From the NCBI GenBank assembly GCA_050250255.1, contig JBFWOZ010000050.1, positions 1 to 19,195 of the forward strand: a stretch of DNA of 19,195 nt, read 5' to 3'. The first letter of the stretch is position 1. Every line of letters begins with the position of its first letter. This document shows positions 17,345 through 19,195 of this stretch, piece by piece. A program made the translations under genes and the position numbers. The DNA is from Bdellovibrionales bacterium (GTDB lineage: Bacteria; Bdellovibrionota; Bdellovibrionia; Bdellovibrionales; DASUEL01). The notes below the pieces were generated by a model, which saw only the letters and a list, made by a program, of their open reading frames with translations, was not told where the DNA came from and ran no database searches.

Positions 17345-17372
17345 TAAAGTCCTGCGACCAAAGGGTCGATAA
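17345..17372 (+). promoter_or_regulatory. Sigma28 (FliA)-type promoter
   Basis: TAAA-N16-GTCGATAA, one mismatch to the GCCGATAA -10 box, 22 nt upstream of the GGAGG RBS. Confidence 0.6.
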
Positions 17373-17404
17373 GTGACTTAGGTATAAAAGACCTGGAGGC
17401 ACGT

Positions 17405-19195
17405 GTGTTGAAGGTATTACGATCTACACATTTTATTTCTGAATGTCGTGCGATAGCTATAATCGCACCCTTCTTATTTCTCACTGCATGTCTCAGCACA
17501 GAAAGCTTAACCCCACAAAGTACGTCAGGATCAATTACATCCAGTTTTCTCGGGTGTATTGATGGCGTTGGGGTGTCGGCGTCACAAATTCGGGTGAACT
17601 TTGAATTCCCGTCAGGTGCCGAAAAGGTAAATATCTATCGAAACGGAAGTATTGCTTATTCAACGTCTTCGCCTACTTCACTTGCATTTGTTGACACTGG
17701 TTTACAAGAAGGTGCTGAGTACGAATATTCCTGTGAAGCCGTAAAAAGTAAAACGGTGAAAGTTGGAACAAGAGTATTAACTCTCTCTACTATTTCTACG
17801 AACCCACCGACGTTTTCGGGCATTACCGGTTCAACAGTTCTTTCTGCAACTACTAATAAAGTGACTTGGAATCCGCCGTCTTCTTTAGGACCCGTGGCAA
17901 AAACATATAAAGTGTATGCAAACCCAGGCACAACCGTGAACTGGGCGCTCACTCCAAGAGCCACTGTTTCTGCGGGAACTTACGAATACACGCTGACAAG
18001 TTTAGGTGATCAGCTCCCCTATTCTTTTGGTGTACGTGCTTGTACGTCTAACAATAACTGCGACACAAATGTTGTAGAAATAGATAAAACTCAGACTGAT
18101 AATGGTGCTCCTCAAACAAACGGTGCTTCGTTAGCCACCGCAAACAATAGTGCGATTACGCTGACAGTGCCTTGGCAGGAAATTCACGGCGCTGTTTACA
18201 AAAGAAAAGTCTATCAACGCACTGGTGCGGTGGGTGGGACCAATCTTGCCGACTACACACTTGTTAAAACAGAAGTCTCAGTAGATCTTGCCAACCCCGC
18301 CACATCTATTTCTATACCTGGCGTGGTTGACAACACCACTTATCACTACATTGTACAGGACGAAGACCCCTCAGGCGTAAGTAACAACAACCTAACGGTC
18401 TTAACAATCACCGCAGGAGACTTAACCCCACCTTTATTTGCGGGGATTAGTACTCTCGTGCAAGGCGCACCTTCCGAAACAGTTTTGACAGCTGGGTTTA
18501 ATGCAATTGCTCGTGAAGGCACAGGTGATGCGGGGGCTGTCAACGGTGCTACTAATTATGTGTTCATGGCGAATTCTTTAGCGTTTCCTGGAACTCCCGC
18601 AGATCCGTGTACAAGTGGATCTACTATCCTCACTGTTCCAGCCTCTGGCTATCCGCCAGGAGCCGCAACCGTGGACATCACAGGCTTAACTTCTCGAACC
18701 AATTATCGTGTCTGTATTAAGGCGGTCGATGCTTCTGGCAATACCTCGGTTGTCACAACATTTCTCACTCAGAATACAAACGATGTGACGGCACCGAGTT
18801 GGGATGGCTTGCAGACTCTCACTTACAATTCCACCACACAGCAGTTGGATCTCACATGGAACCAAAGCTCTTCCACTGACCGTTATGAATATAAAATCAG
18901 AATGTGGAAAAACACAACCACTCCCGCTGCTGGAGATATTACAACCTTCTTAAGATCAGATGCGACGTATAGTTCTGGCACGAATATTACCAGCGTTCAG
19001 TTTCCATTCGTCGATGCAGATATTGTTTATGCTGTGGTGGATGCCTGCGATGATGCAAGCACCTTGCCAGGCGGTGTACAAAACTGCACGAGCACGGCTC
19101 TCACCGCCTACAAGTCTACAACAATTCCTGATGTGACTCCGCCTGTAGGGTTCCTTGGCATCAAGGGCCCTGGTGATCAACTTACTCCCGCTGAA
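17405..19195 (+). CDS. Large fibronectin type III repeat lipoprotein (3'-truncated by window; putative surface adhesin)
   Basis: Manual translation: GTG 17405 (or TTG 17408) after GGAGG, open for 597 codons to the window end. Lipobox FLTAC; FN3 patterns (DTGLQEGAEYEYSCEA, KVTWNPP...YSFGVRAC, ITGLTSRTNYRVCIKAVDASGN); linkers PPTFSGI, DLTPPLFAGI, DVTAPSWDGL, DVTPPVGFLGI. Confidence 0.92.
   Translation, partial: MLKVLRSTHFISECRAIAIIAPFLFLTACLSTESLTPQSTSGSITSSFLGCIDGVGVSASQIRVNFEFPSGAEKVNIYRNGSIAYSTSSPTSLAFVDTGLQEGAEYEYSCEAVKSKTVKVGTRVLTLSTISTNPPTFSGITGSTVLSATTNKVTWNPPSSLGPVAKTYKVYANPGTTVNWALTPRATVSAGTYEYTLTSLGDQLPYSFGVRACTSNNNCDTNVVEIDKTQTDNGAPQTNGASLATANNSAITLTVPWQEIHGAVYKRKVYQRTGAVGGTNLADYTLVKTEVSVDLANPATSISIPGVVDNTTYHYIVQDEDPSGVSNNNLTVLTITAGDLTPPLFAGISTLVQGAPSETVLTAGFNAIAREGTGDAGAVNGATNYVFMANSLAFPGTPADPCTSGSTILTVPASGYPPGAATVDITGLTSRTNYRVCIKAVDASGNTSVVTTFLTQNTNDVTAPSWDGLQTLTYNSTTQQLDLTWNQSSSTDRYEYKIRMWKNTTTPAAGDITTFLRSDATYSSGTNITSVQFPFVDADIVYAVVDACDDASTLPGGVQNCTSTALTAYKSTTIPDVTPPVGFLGIKGPGDQLTPAE

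Noticed and set aside
17169..17372. 67-aa + strand ORF
   Set aside because: Starts inside the heptamer hairpin and runs across promoter motifs; no RBS; implausible composition.
17656..19180. Three minus-strand ORFs (102, 65 and 74 aa)
   Set aside because: Antisense to the long + strand FN3 frame that the track omitted because it lacks a stop in the window.

Overview
Gene-dense bacterial chromosome segment of about 40-45% GC. The many signal-peptide hydrolases, FN3-repeat lipoprotein and sigma28-like promoters suggest a Bdellovibrionota-type predator (inference). Left part: an HD-domain dNTPase-like gene plus a small membrane zinc-ribbon gene (- strand), divergent from a secreted S1/P1 nuclease, then corA. 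Middle: a + strand run of secreted proteins, comprising a hypothetical protein, a 944-aa amidoligase-like/SelO-like fusion, a vanin/biotinidase-like nitrilase and two M28 peptidases. Three of these end in a shared C-x3-L tail. The run converges on a secreted BPL-N protein, followed by a glycine-zipper membrane protein. Right part, the best candidate for a new system: a four-gene operon encoding a PEGA-TPR lipoprotein, a signal-peptide protein resembling a FliF ring domain + TM fused to FliG-like domains, a small outer-membrane beta-barrel and a coiled-coil protein. A large FN3-repeat lipoprotein follows; it is truncated by the window and absent from the ORF track. Both units have sigma28-like promoters and a shared GTCTCA-N3-TGAGAC-like motif, and each is preceded by a hairpin repeat element. 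No rRNA, tRNA, CRISPR array or transposase was seen. All homology calls are by-eye motif recognition, not database searches.
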